Origin: Terrimicrobiaceae bacterium
GTDB lineage: Bacteria > Verrucomicrobiota > Verrucomicrobiia > Chthoniobacterales > Terrimicrobiaceae
NCBI GenBank assembly: GCA_041752695.1
Contig: JBGSVZ010000044.1
Coordinates: 1 to 35,244, forward strand
Direction: 5' to 3'
DNA: 35,244 bases
Position 1 is the first letter of the stretch. Every line of letters begins with the position of its first letter. The position numbers were made by a program, and so were the translations under genes. Below the pieces are notes generated by a model, which was not told the origin of the DNA, ran no database searches, and worked only from the letters and a program-made list of their open reading frames with translations. Positions 27,259-35,244 of this stretch are shown here, piece after piece.

Positions 27259-29588
27259 AAAGTTTACCCGCCCTTTTTTGTCTCCTTGCCGCCGGTATTT
27301 CCGGGGTCCGCGCCGCCGAACCGCTGGTGCGCCTCGACGTGGACTGGCCGGCTTTTCTCGCCCGCCAGGACCCGGTGTGGGACCAACTTCCCCGTCAGTG
27401 GAACGAAGGGGCATTCGCCGGCAATGGCCAGCTGGGCGTGATGACTTACGCCACCTTGAAAGACAACCGGATCGACTTTCATCTGGGCCGCGCTGACGTC
27501 ACCGACCACCGCAAGGCCCCGGATCGCAAGACCTCGATGGGCGTGCCGGGCGCGGGAGTGTTTTTTGATTTTCCCCGCCTCGACATCGGGCGCATGACCT
27601 TGCGCCCCGCTGGCCGGATTCTGGATGGCACGATGCGGCAGGATTTGTGGAACGCCGAAATCACCGCCGCCATCAAAACCGACCTCGGCGAGATCCACCT
27701 TCGTCTCGTGACCCTGCGGGACCGCGTGGTGCATCTGGTGGAAATTCGCTCCACGGAAAAGGACGCCTCAGGCCAAAACGCGCCGTGGCGGTGGGAATTT
27801 TTGCCCGGCAATGCCGACTCTCCGCGCGCTCAGGTGAAACCTGAACAGGCCGCGCAGCAGAATTATCAGTCGAACCCCTCGCCCCGCCTTGAGACCGTGG
27901 AAGGCGTGGCGGTGTGTGTGCAACCGCTCCTCGCCGGGGGCGACTACGCCACGGCGTGGCTCGAGGAAAAATCAGCCAACGGACGGAGCGCGCGACTCTT
28001 CATCAGCACAGCAAACGAAGTGCCGGCCGCGGACCGTTCGGCCGCGCGGGCGATTGAAGATGTGCGGGACGCCGCGCGGATTCCGGTAGACACCTTGATC
28101 GCGACGCACCGGGCGTGGTGGCATGCGTTTTATCCGGAGGCATTTCTCAGCGTGCCGGACGCCCGGGTGGAGGCCTTTTACTGGATCCAGATCTACAAGC
28201 TGGCCACGGCCTGGCGGGAAGACGCTCCGGCCATCGATCTTTTCGGACCCTGGTTTCGCGTCAGCCAATGGCCCGGTGTGTGGTGGAACCTCAACATCCA
28301 ACTCACCTACTGGCCGGTCTATGCCGGCAACCGTCTCGCTATCGGTCGCAATTACCTCGACCTGGTGGACACGCAATTCGACACCACGTTTGCCAATGCC
28401 ATCAAGGGCAAGACGGTCGGCGACTTTGCTTGGGCGATGCACAATTACTGGTGGCACCTGCGCTTCGCGGGGGACTGGAAGGGCGTGCAGGAACGCTGGG
28501 TGCCCAAGGCGAGGCGGATCGTGGAGGCATACGCCGCCCGCCTCGTGAAGAACGCCGACGGACGCCTCGAATTGCCCGGCCTCGGGTCGCCCGAATATCA
28601 GGGCTTCGCAACGTTCAATAACACCACCTACAACCTCGCCCTGTTCCGCTGGTTGCTGACTGCGCTCCTCGAAGCCCATGAACGTTCCGGCCTCGCCCCC
28701 AGCGCGGAAGCGGAGGAGTGGCGGCGGCTGCAAACCGAACTCGTCGATTACCCGACGGACGCCAACGGCCTGATGATCGGCAGCGACCAGGCCCTCGCGG
28801 AATCGCACCGGCATTTCTCGCACCTGCTTCCGCTATATCCGCTGTATTTGCTGGATCCTGACAGCGCCAAAGATCGCGAACTCCTCGTTCGTTCGGTGCG
28901 TCATTGGCACGGCATTGGCAAGGGAAAGGGACTCGCGGGCTATTCGTTCACCGGTGGCGCGTCGATCTACGCGTCCCTCGGTCTCGGCGACGATGCGCTT
29001 GGGATGCTGAATGATTTTTTCAACAACGCGCGCGGCGGCGGCAAGGTCCTGCCGAATACCATGTATGTCGAGTCCGGCGGCAAAAATCCGGTCATCGAAA
29101 CTCCCCTCAGCGCCGCCTCCGCCACCATGGATCTCCTGCTGCAAAGTTGGGGAGGGAAGATCCGCGTGTTCCCCGCGGTGCCCTCCGTGTGGGCCGCGGC
29201 GAGTTTCCACCACCTGCGCGCGATGGACGGTTTTCTTGTTAGCGCCGTTCGCGAAAAGGGTGCCACCGCGTGGGTCGCCATCACCAGCGAGGTTGGAGAA
29301 CCGTGCGTTCTCCGCGTGGCGGGCTGGACCGGCCCGCTCGAAGCGCGCGGCGAACGTTCCCCGCAGATCACCGAACTCGCCCCGGGAGAGTACCGGATCG
29401 ATTTGCATCGCGGCGAATCGGTCCTCGTTTTCCCGCAAGGTCGCAAGGTGTCTGCGGTCGTGGAACCCGTGCCGACGATCGCCGAGTCCGCCAATCCCTA
29501 CGGCGTGAAAAGGGGAGGGGAGTTAAAATCCTTACAAACCTGGACGGAGCCGCCCCTTCCAACACCATCGCCCACCGTCAGCCCTTGA
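27255..29588 (+). CDS. GH95-like glycoside hydrolase (alpha-L-fucosidase/galactosidase-like), secreted
   Basis: GNGQLG, HRAWWHAFY, WWNLNIQLTYWP, SPEY, HRHFSHLLPLYP, LLQSWGGKIRVFPAVP, FHHLRA motifs. Confidence 0.82.
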   Translation: MKSLPALFCLLAAGISGVRAAEPLVRLDVDWPAFLARQDPVWDQLPRQWNEGAFAGNGQLGVMTYATLKDNRIDFHLGRADVTDHRKAPDRKTSMGVPGAGVFFDFPRLDIGRMTLRPAGRILDGTMRQDLWNAEITAAIKTDLGEIHLRLVTLRDRVVHLVEIRSTEKDASGQNAPWRWEFLPGNADSPRAQVKPEQAAQQNYQSNPSPRLETVEGVAVCVQPLLAGGDYATAWLEEKSANGRSARLFISTANEVPAADRSAARAIEDVRDAARIPVDTLIATHRAWWHAFYPEAFLSVPDARVEAFYWIQIYKLATAWREDAPAIDLFGPWFRVSQWPGVWWNLNIQLTYWPVYAGNRLAIGRNYLDLVDTQFDTTFANAIKGKTVGDFAWAMHNYWWHLRFAGDWKGVQERWVPKARRIVEAYAARLVKNADGRLELPGLGSPEYQGFATFNNTTYNLALFRWLLTALLEAHERSGLAPSAEAEEWRRLQTELVDYPTDANGLMIGSDQALAESHRHFSHLLPLYPLYLLDPDSAKDRELLVRSVRHWHGIGKGKGLAGYSFTGGASIYASLGLGDDALGMLNDFFNNARGGGKVLPNTMYVESGGKNPVIETPLSAASATMDLLLQSWGGKIRVFPAVPSVWAAASFHHLRAMDGFLVSAVREKGATAWVAITSEVGEPCVLRVAGWTGPLEARGERSPQITELAPGEYRIDLHRGESVLVFPQGRKVSAVVEPVPTIAESANPYGVKRGGELKSLQTWTEPPLPTPSPTVSP

Positions 29589-29593
29589 TCGCC

Positions 29594-31297
29594 ATGTCCA
29601 CTGAACCAACCCGTCCGCTCCCGCTCTCCTCGCCGCCCTCTTGGTGGCGCGAGGCTCGTTTTGGCCTCTTCATCCACTGGGGCGTCTATTCCGCGGCCGC
29701 GGGCGTCCACCGTGGCCATCCCATCGCCGGTGCCAGCGAGTGGCTTATGCACTCGGCCCACATTCCGGTCGCCGACTACAAGCCCTACGCCTCCGGCTTC
29801 ACCGCCGCGCACTACGACCCCGATTCCTGGGTTCGCGCCGCGCTCGACGCCGGGATGGGCTACATCGTGATCGGGGCGAAACACCACGACGGTTTTGCCC
29901 TTTTCGAGACCGCGCTGACGGACTGGAACGCCCGCGACGTCACCCCCGCCGGGCGTGATGTCCTCCGTCCGCTTGTCGACGCCTGCCGCCGTCACAACGT
30001 GCCCCTTGGCTTCTACTACTCGCACGCGCAGGACTGGATCAACGGCGGCGCCAACTACGCCGGCAACTGGGATTCGCCCGCCCAGGATCGCGACTTCGAC
30101 GACTACCTCGACCAGTTTGCCATCCCCCAGGTTCGCGAACTCCTGACGCAATACGGCCCCGGCATCCCCGCCTGTCTTTGGTGGGACACCCCGGCCAAAA
30201 TGACCCCCGACCGCGCCGCCCGCGTGGACGCCGCCGTTCAGGCCCTCGCGCCGGGCATCCTGCAAAACGATCGCCTCGGCGAGGGACACCCCGGCCACTT
30301 TGACACTCCGGAACAACGCATCCCCGCCAACCGTCCTGGCCGGGCCTGGGAGACCTGCATGACCACCAACGAGTCCTGGGGTTTCAACCTCCACGACCAC
30401 GATTGGAAACCGCCTGCGCTGCTCATTCGCCAACTCTGCGAGGTGGTTTCGCAAGGCGGGAACTATCTGCTCAATGTCGGTCCCCGCGCCGACGGCACCA
30501 TCCCCGAACCAACCCTTGCCGCGCTGCGTGCCATTGGCGCTTGGATGAGCGTGAACAGCGTTGCCATTCGCGGCGCGTCCGCCGGTCCCTTCCCTCATCG
30601 TCTCCCGTGGGGTTTCGCCACGACGCGCGAGAAAAAAATTTACCTCCTCATTGAGCAATGGCCTGCCGACGGACGACTCTCCGTTCCGCTTCTCGACCTC
30701 CCGGCTGAGGCCCGGCTCCTCGCTGCGCCGGGCAGTTCCCTCGCCACCGATCCTCCATCTGATGGTGCCTTTATCCTGCACCTGCCGCCTGCCGCGCTCG
30801 ACGCTGCCGTCTCTGTCGTGGAACTCCACTACACCACTGCTCCCCGCTTGGGTGAGGTTCCGCCGCGGCCCCGTCCGCCGATTATTCCGCAACCCGCCGA
30901 TGGTGCGATTTCTCTCCGTGCCGCTGATGCCGAGGTCATCGGCGACCATCTTGCCATCCACGCCGGGTCCACGCCGGAACTCGGCTGCTGGACGTCACTC
31001 GATTCCTGGCCCCTCTGGCGCGTCAGCCTTCACCAGCCCGGCACCTATCGCGTCGAATTGGAATACGCCGTGCCGCTCCACCGGCAAGGCACCCTCGCCG
31101 AAGTGGAACTCGGCGACCAACGCCTTCCGCTCGTCGTCGCCGGCACTGGCGGCTGGGGCGAATATGTGCGAGCTGATGTCGGTGTGGCCACCCTCACCGC
31201 GAATGACGAACTCCCCGTGCGCGTCCTTCCCAAGTCCATCCCGGTCGGCGCGGTCATGAACCTTCGCGCCGTTCACCTTACGCCCGCCGGATCATGA
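29594..31297 (+). CDS. GH29 alpha-L-fucosidase with C-terminal CBM-like domain (567 aa, no signal peptide)
   Basis: WWREARFGLFIHWG, AKHHDGF, LWWD (nucleophile), TPEQ, WETCMT, SWG, GGNYLLNVGP; C-terminal jelly-roll (PGTYRVELEYA, TGGWGEY). ATG at 29594. Confidence 0.92.
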   Translation: MSTEPTRPLPLSSPPSWWREARFGLFIHWGVYSAAAGVHRGHPIAGASEWLMHSAHIPVADYKPYASGFTAAHYDPDSWVRAALDAGMGYIVIGAKHHDGFALFETALTDWNARDVTPAGRDVLRPLVDACRRHNVPLGFYYSHAQDWINGGANYAGNWDSPAQDRDFDDYLDQFAIPQVRELLTQYGPGIPACLWWDTPAKMTPDRAARVDAAVQALAPGILQNDRLGEGHPGHFDTPEQRIPANRPGRAWETCMTTNESWGFNLHDHDWKPPALLIRQLCEVVSQGGNYLLNVGPRADGTIPEPTLAALRAIGAWMSVNSVAIRGASAGPFPHRLPWGFATTREKKIYLLIEQWPADGRLSVPLLDLPAEARLLAAPGSSLATDPPSDGAFILHLPPAALDAAVSVVELHYTTAPRLGEVPPRPRPPIIPQPADGAISLRAADAEVIGDHLAIHAGSTPELGCWTSLDSWPLWRVSLHQPGTYRVELEYAVPLHRQGTLAEVELGDQRLPLVVAGTGGWGEYVRADVGVATLTANDELPVRVLPKSIPVGAVMNLRAVHLTPAGS

Positions 31298-33549
31298 ACC
31301 TTCCTCCGCCCACCGCCTTCGCGCCTCCCATCGTCACGTGGGACTCACCCAGCGCCGACGCCACTGGCTCAATGCCTTTCGGCAATGGTGATGTGGCGCT
31401 GAATGCCTGGGTCGAACCGTCCGGCGATCTGCTATTTTATCTGGCAAAATCCGACACCTGGGACGACCACGCGCGTCTGGTAAAAATCGGCCTCGTGCGG
31501 GTCAGGCTTTTCCCACCGCCCGTCGCTCCCGGGGTTTCTTTTCGTCAGGAACTTCACACCGCCACCGCCGAACTGGTGGTCACCTTCACGCCGCCGTCCG
31601 CTGCGCCTACCGTGCTTCGGCTCTGGGTGGATGCCAATGCCGGCGTCGTCCATGTCGAAGTGAAGAGCCCCGTTCCCGTCGCCGCGACGGCGCAGGTCGA
31701 ACTCTGGCGCACAACGCAGGAAACGCTCCCATCCCTCGAGATCAGCGATGTGCACTTTTCCCATACGGCACCCGACCATCAGGTCCGCCCGACGGTGATC
31801 GAGCCGGATTCCGTGGTTTCCGACGCCTCCGAGGGCGTGATTTGGTATCGCCACAATGCCAGCTCTCACGGCCCGGCTGAAACTCTTGCGCACCAAAACC
31901 TCGCCGGCCTTCCCGGCTGGACCGATCCCGTGCTCCACCGCACCTTCGGCGCGCTCCTTCGCTCGCCAGGAGCTTCCCACAAAGGCGACTTGGCTTTGCG
32001 GTCCGCAGCAGCCTGCACCCATCGTTTCGATGTTCACGCGCTGACCCTCCACCCGGCCTCGCCCGTCGAATGGCTTGCCGCCTTGCGCGCTCAGGTTGCC
32101 GCCATCGAAGCGCAGGATTTCGGCGTCCGACGCGCCGCCCATGACGCCTGGTGGTCCGCGTTCTGGGAGCGTTCTCACATTGTCATTTCTCCCACCGCGA
32201 GCACCACCGACCGAGCCGCCCCTGCCGAAGTATCCCTCGCTTATGCGCTTCAGCGTTACGTCACCGCCTGCGCAGGGCGCGGGGCATTTCCGATCAAATT
32301 CAACGGATCGCTTTTCACCGTTTCCTGGCCCGGCAAACCGGCTGGCCCCGACTACCGTCGTTGGGGTCCGGGCTATTGGTGGCAAAATACCCGCCTGCCC
32401 TACGCTGGCGCGCTTGCGGCCGGGGACTTCGATTTGCTCGCTCCGCTCATCAACCTGTATTCTGGTCCGCTCCGCGAGATCTCGGTGCTTCGCGCCCAGC
32501 GTCACTTCGGTTTTTCGGACGCACTTTATCTGCCCGAATGCCTCTACTTTTGGGGAGCGGTTTTTCCCGAAAGCTACGGCGACACTCCCGCGTCGGAGCG
32601 CACCGACAAGCTCCAAGACAGCCTCTGGCATAAACGCGAGTGGACCTCCGCGCTGGAGGTGTCGCTCCTGCTGCTCGATGCGTACGCGCACAACGGCGAC
32701 GCGGAATTTCTCCGCGACCGCGTGCTGCCGTTCGCGTTGCCCGCGCTCCGATTTTTCGAACATTATTACCCCGTCGATGCCAACGGACACCTCCGCCTTG
32801 AACCGGCGCAAGCGCTCGAGACATGGTGGGAAGCGGTCAATCCGATGGACCTTGTCGCCGGACTCCATGCGGTTTGCGCACGCCTCGTCGCCCTGCCGGA
32901 AGACGCGTTCGCACCGTCCGACCGCGCCTGGCTGACCGCCTTTGCCGCGCGGCTGCCGGAGTTGCCGGTCATCGAGGAAGACGGTGTGCGCCGACTTTCA
33001 CCGGCTGAGCATTTTGAACTCTGCAAAAATTCCGAAGTGCCCGAACTCTACGCTGTCTGGCCGTTCCGCGTCGTTTCCTTCGAAAAATCCAACGCGCCCC
33101 TTGGCCTCGTCGCGCTGGAAAAGCGGGCTCATCGCGGCCACTTCGGATGGCGTCAGGACGAGCTCTTCCAAGCCCACCTCGGCCTCGCCGAAGCCGCGCG
33201 AGACACGCTGGTACAGCGCGTCCGCTTTCACGACTCCGATCAACTACGCGGCGAATCTTACCCGATGCGCTTCCCCGGCTTCTGGGGGCCTGGCTTTGAC
33301 TGGCTCCCCGATCAATGCCACGGCGGCGTCATCCAGGCCGCGCTCCAGGCCATGTTGCTCCAGAACGAGGGCGACCGCATTTTCCTCCTGCCCGCGTGGC
33401 CGTCGGATTGGGACGTGACCTTCAAACTCCACGCGCCGCGTTGCACCGTGGTTGCGGCCGAGGTCCGCCAAGGCCGGCTCGTCCGGCTCGAGGTCGATCC
33501 CCCGGCGCGCCACACCGATGTCGAGGTGCCCGCCGCGTTCACCCGTTGA
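31294..33549 (+). CDS. DUF5703/GH95-like glycoside hydrolase (751 aa, no signal peptide)
   Basis: SMPFGNGDVALNAW, HDAWWSAFWERS, LQRY, PIKFNG, WWQNTRLPY, QALET, PELY, WRQD, PDQCHGG, MLLQ, LLPAWPSDWDVTFKLHAP. Confidence 0.78.
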   Translation: MNLPPPTAFAPPIVTWDSPSADATGSMPFGNGDVALNAWVEPSGDLLFYLAKSDTWDDHARLVKIGLVRVRLFPPPVAPGVSFRQELHTATAELVVTFTPPSAAPTVLRLWVDANAGVVHVEVKSPVPVAATAQVELWRTTQETLPSLEISDVHFSHTAPDHQVRPTVIEPDSVVSDASEGVIWYRHNASSHGPAETLAHQNLAGLPGWTDPVLHRTFGALLRSPGASHKGDLALRSAAACTHRFDVHALTLHPASPVEWLAALRAQVAAIEAQDFGVRRAAHDAWWSAFWERSHIVISPTASTTDRAAPAEVSLAYALQRYVTACAGRGAFPIKFNGSLFTVSWPGKPAGPDYRRWGPGYWWQNTRLPYAGALAAGDFDLLAPLINLYSGPLREISVLRAQRHFGFSDALYLPECLYFWGAVFPESYGDTPASERTDKLQDSLWHKREWTSALEVSLLLLDAYAHNGDAEFLRDRVLPFALPALRFFEHYYPVDANGHLRLEPAQALETWWEAVNPMDLVAGLHAVCARLVALPEDAFAPSDRAWLTAFAARLPELPVIEEDGVRRLSPAEHFELCKNSEVPELYAVWPFRVVSFEKSNAPLGLVALEKRAHRGHFGWRQDELFQAHLGLAEAARDTLVQRVRFHDSDQLRGESYPMRFPGFWGPGFDWLPDQCHGGVIQAALQAMLLQNEGDRIFLLPAWPSDWDVTFKLHAPRCTVVAAEVRQGRLVRLEVDPPARHTDVEVPAAFTR

Positions 33550-33555
33550 TCCCCC

Positions 33556-35244
33556 ATGTGCCGTTTTTCATTCCTCATTCTCGCTTTGGCCGTTGTAGCG
33601 GTCTCCGCGCGCGCAAGCGTGGAAAGCGATTTTCGCGAACCTCCGGTCCACACGCGGCCCTACGTGTGGTGGCATTGGATGGGACCTTGCTTCACCCAGG
33701 AGGGCATCACCCGCGATCTTGAGGCCATGCGCGAGGCCGGTATCGGCGGGGCGACCGTTTTCAATATCACGTCCGGCGTTCAGGAGAGCTCAACGGCGAT
33801 CGCCGGCTGGCCGCAGTCAGGGAACACCTATCGCGGCGAAGCCTACTGGTCCGCACTCGCCCACGCTGCGCGCGAGGCGAGCCGGCTCGGTCTCGAACTC
33901 GGCCTGCACAACACCGTGGGATACTCCACGACCGGCGGCCCGTGGATCACCCAGGAACGCGGCATGCAGCGCGTCGTGTGGAGCGAGACCGTCGTTTCGG
34001 AAAACGCCTCCGCCGGCCTCCTGCTCCCGCGCCCGACGATCCCCGCGTATCGCGGCTGGGGTGGAGGCATCACCGCGCCTCTCACGCATTACCGCGACAT
34101 CGCAGTCCTCGCCGTGCCGGCGGACGGCGCGGTTGAGCCGGCCGCAGTGCTCGACCTCACCTCGCGGCTGCGTCCGGACGACACGCTCGACTGGACGCCG
34201 CCTTCGCCCGGCTCCTGGAAAATTTATCGTTTCGGCCATGCGCCCACCGGGGCCACGCCGCATCCCGTGCCCGACGACTTGCTGGGGCTCGCGCTGGAAG
34301 CCGACAAGATGAGCGCGGCCGAAACGCGTTTTCATTGGGAGAACGTGCTCGCGCCCTTGCGCGAAAAACTCGGCTCCGAGCTCGGGCGTTCGTTCCGCCA
34401 CGTGCTGATCGACAGCTACGAGGCCGGTCCGCAATCGTGGACTTCCGGGTTCCGCGAAGAGTTTACGCGTCGTAAGGGCTACGACCCCGTGCCCTGGCTC
34501 GTGTCACTCGGCGAACCCATCACGCACGACAAACCCAAGCGCGCGCGCCGCGTGCTCGGCGACGAGGAGCGCACCACACGCTTCGAATACGACTACCGTG
34601 AAGTCGTCGCCGAGCTCTACCGCGAAAACGGCTGGGAGCCCGCCCGCAAATTGATCCACGAGGCGGGACTGCAGCTTCAGTTTGAACCTTACACGGGTCC
34701 GTTCGACACCGTCGCGGGCGCCGCGTTGGCCGATCTGCCCATGGGTGAATTCTGGAGCCACTCGAAGGGCGGAATCTCGCCTGCAATCGTGCCCGCCGCC
34801 CAAGCCGCAGGTCGCAACGTGATCGGTGCGGAGGCGTTCACCAGCCTGCCGCAAAACAGCCGCTGGAACGAGACGCCCGCCCAGCTGCGCCTTCCCGCCG
34901 ACGGGGCCTTCCTCTCCGGCGTGAACCGCCTCATCCTCCACCACTGGGTGCATCAACCGCTCGACGATCGATGGAGCCCCGGCTTCGGCATGGGCTGGTG
35001 GGGCGTCCACTTCGGCCGCAATCAAACCTGGTTCGAACCGGGCAAGGCGTTCTTCGCCTACCTCGGCCGCGCGCAGGCGCTTTTGCAACGCGGCGAGGCG
35101 ACCATTGACGTCCTCTCGGTCGGTCGCGTGGTGAACGGCGGCGACGTGATCCCGCCGCATGTTTTCCTGGACGGACTGCGCGTCGAGTCCGGCCGCTTCG
35201 TCACTCCCGCCGGTCGGAGCTACCCGGTGCTCGCAGTGCCGCAC
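33556..35244 (+). CDS. GH106-like alpha-L-rhamnosidase, secreted; 3'-partial (runs off the window, absent from the ORF track)
   Basis: ATG 33556 gives MCRFSFLILALAVVAVSARASVESDFREPPVHTRPYVWWHWMG...GITRDLEAMREAGIGG. In-frame IDSYEAG (about 34408), PMGEFW, GAEAFT, GVNRLILH, HFGRNQTW. Confidence 0.88.
   Translation, partial: MCRFSFLILALAVVAVSARASVESDFREPPVHTRPYVWWHWMGPCFTQEGITRDLEAMREAGIGGATVFNITSGVQESSTAIAGWPQSGNTYRGEAYWSALAHAAREASRLGLELGLHNTVGYSTTGGPWITQERGMQRVVWSETVVSENASAGLLLPRPTIPAYRGWGGGITAPLTHYRDIAVLAVPADGAVEPAAVLDLTSRLRPDDTLDWTPPSPGSWKIYRFGHAPTGATPHPVPDDLLGLALEADKMSAAETRFHWENVLAPLREKLGSELGRSFRHVLIDSYEAGPQSWTSGFREEFTRRKGYDPVPWLVSLGEPITHDKPKRARRVLGDEERTTRFEYDYREVVAELYRENGWEPARKLIHEAGLQLQFEPYTGPFDTVAGAALADLPMGEFWSHSKGGISPAIVPAAQAAGRNVIGAEAFTSLPQNSRWNETPAQLRLPADGAFLSGVNRLILHHWVHQPLDDRWSPGFGMGWWGVHFGRNQTWFEPGKAFFAYLGRAQALLQRGEATIDVLSVGRVVNGGDVIPPHVFLDGLRVESGRFVTPAGRSYPVLAVPH

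Noticed and set aside
648..29593. Extended ORF-track starts (648, 2848, 4286, 11959, 21994, 24832, 29270)
   Set aside because: Most overlap upstream genes, and all add non-homologous N-termini. Downstream ATGs (852, 2944, 4514, 12052, 22039, 24931, 29594) give family-typical or signal-peptide starts.
9854..32868. Long minus-strand ORFs (e.g. 9854-11323, 12016-13677, 23071-24597, 29498-30961, 31432-32868)
   Set aside because: They are fully antisense to motif-bearing + strand genes and have no recognisable domains; typical shadow ORFs of GC-rich coding DNA.
33719..35244. ORF-track calls 33719-34312 (+), 33817-34434 (-) and 34504-35244 (-)
   Set aside because: They are out-of-frame or antisense shadows of the GH106-like CDS starting at 33556.
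1..35244. CRISPR arrays, tRNA/rRNA, tandem DNA repeats, phase-variable tracts
   Set aside because: None seen by eye. Homopolymers reach only about 7 nt (e.g. C7 near 4452 and 12040) with frames intact, and paralogue similarity is evident at protein level only.

Overview
GC-rich bacterial DNA, probably Verrucomicrobiota/PVC (inferred from SD-less, pyrimidine-preceded ATGs and the gene content). Almost the whole window is one co-oriented (+ strand) polysaccharide-degradation locus with 18 intact or partial CDS and one gene remnant. It starts with the 3' end of a probable IS transposase (3-119), apparently inserted into a right-handed beta-helix gene whose 3' remnant spans 141-850. Block 1 (852-24582) encodes GH52 and GH43 xylosidase-type enzymes, two stand-alone secreted LamG-like proteins, two SGNH-type esterases, an intact beta-helix protein, one PL8/PL12-like orphan, and four divergent paralogues of a heparinase II/III-like (toroid + beta-sandwich) lyase family. 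Two of these paralogues have Lys where the other two have the presumptive catalytic Tyr, and one also lacks the HxHxD His. After a 348-bp intergenic region with palindromes and hairpins, block 2 (24931-end) encodes a discoidin/GH9-like protein with altered catalytic motifs, two GH95-like proteins, a GH29 fucosidase and a GH106-like rhamnosidase that runs off the window. No transporter, regulator, sulfatase, RNA gene or CRISPR array was seen. All family calls come from motif recognition by eye, not database searches.
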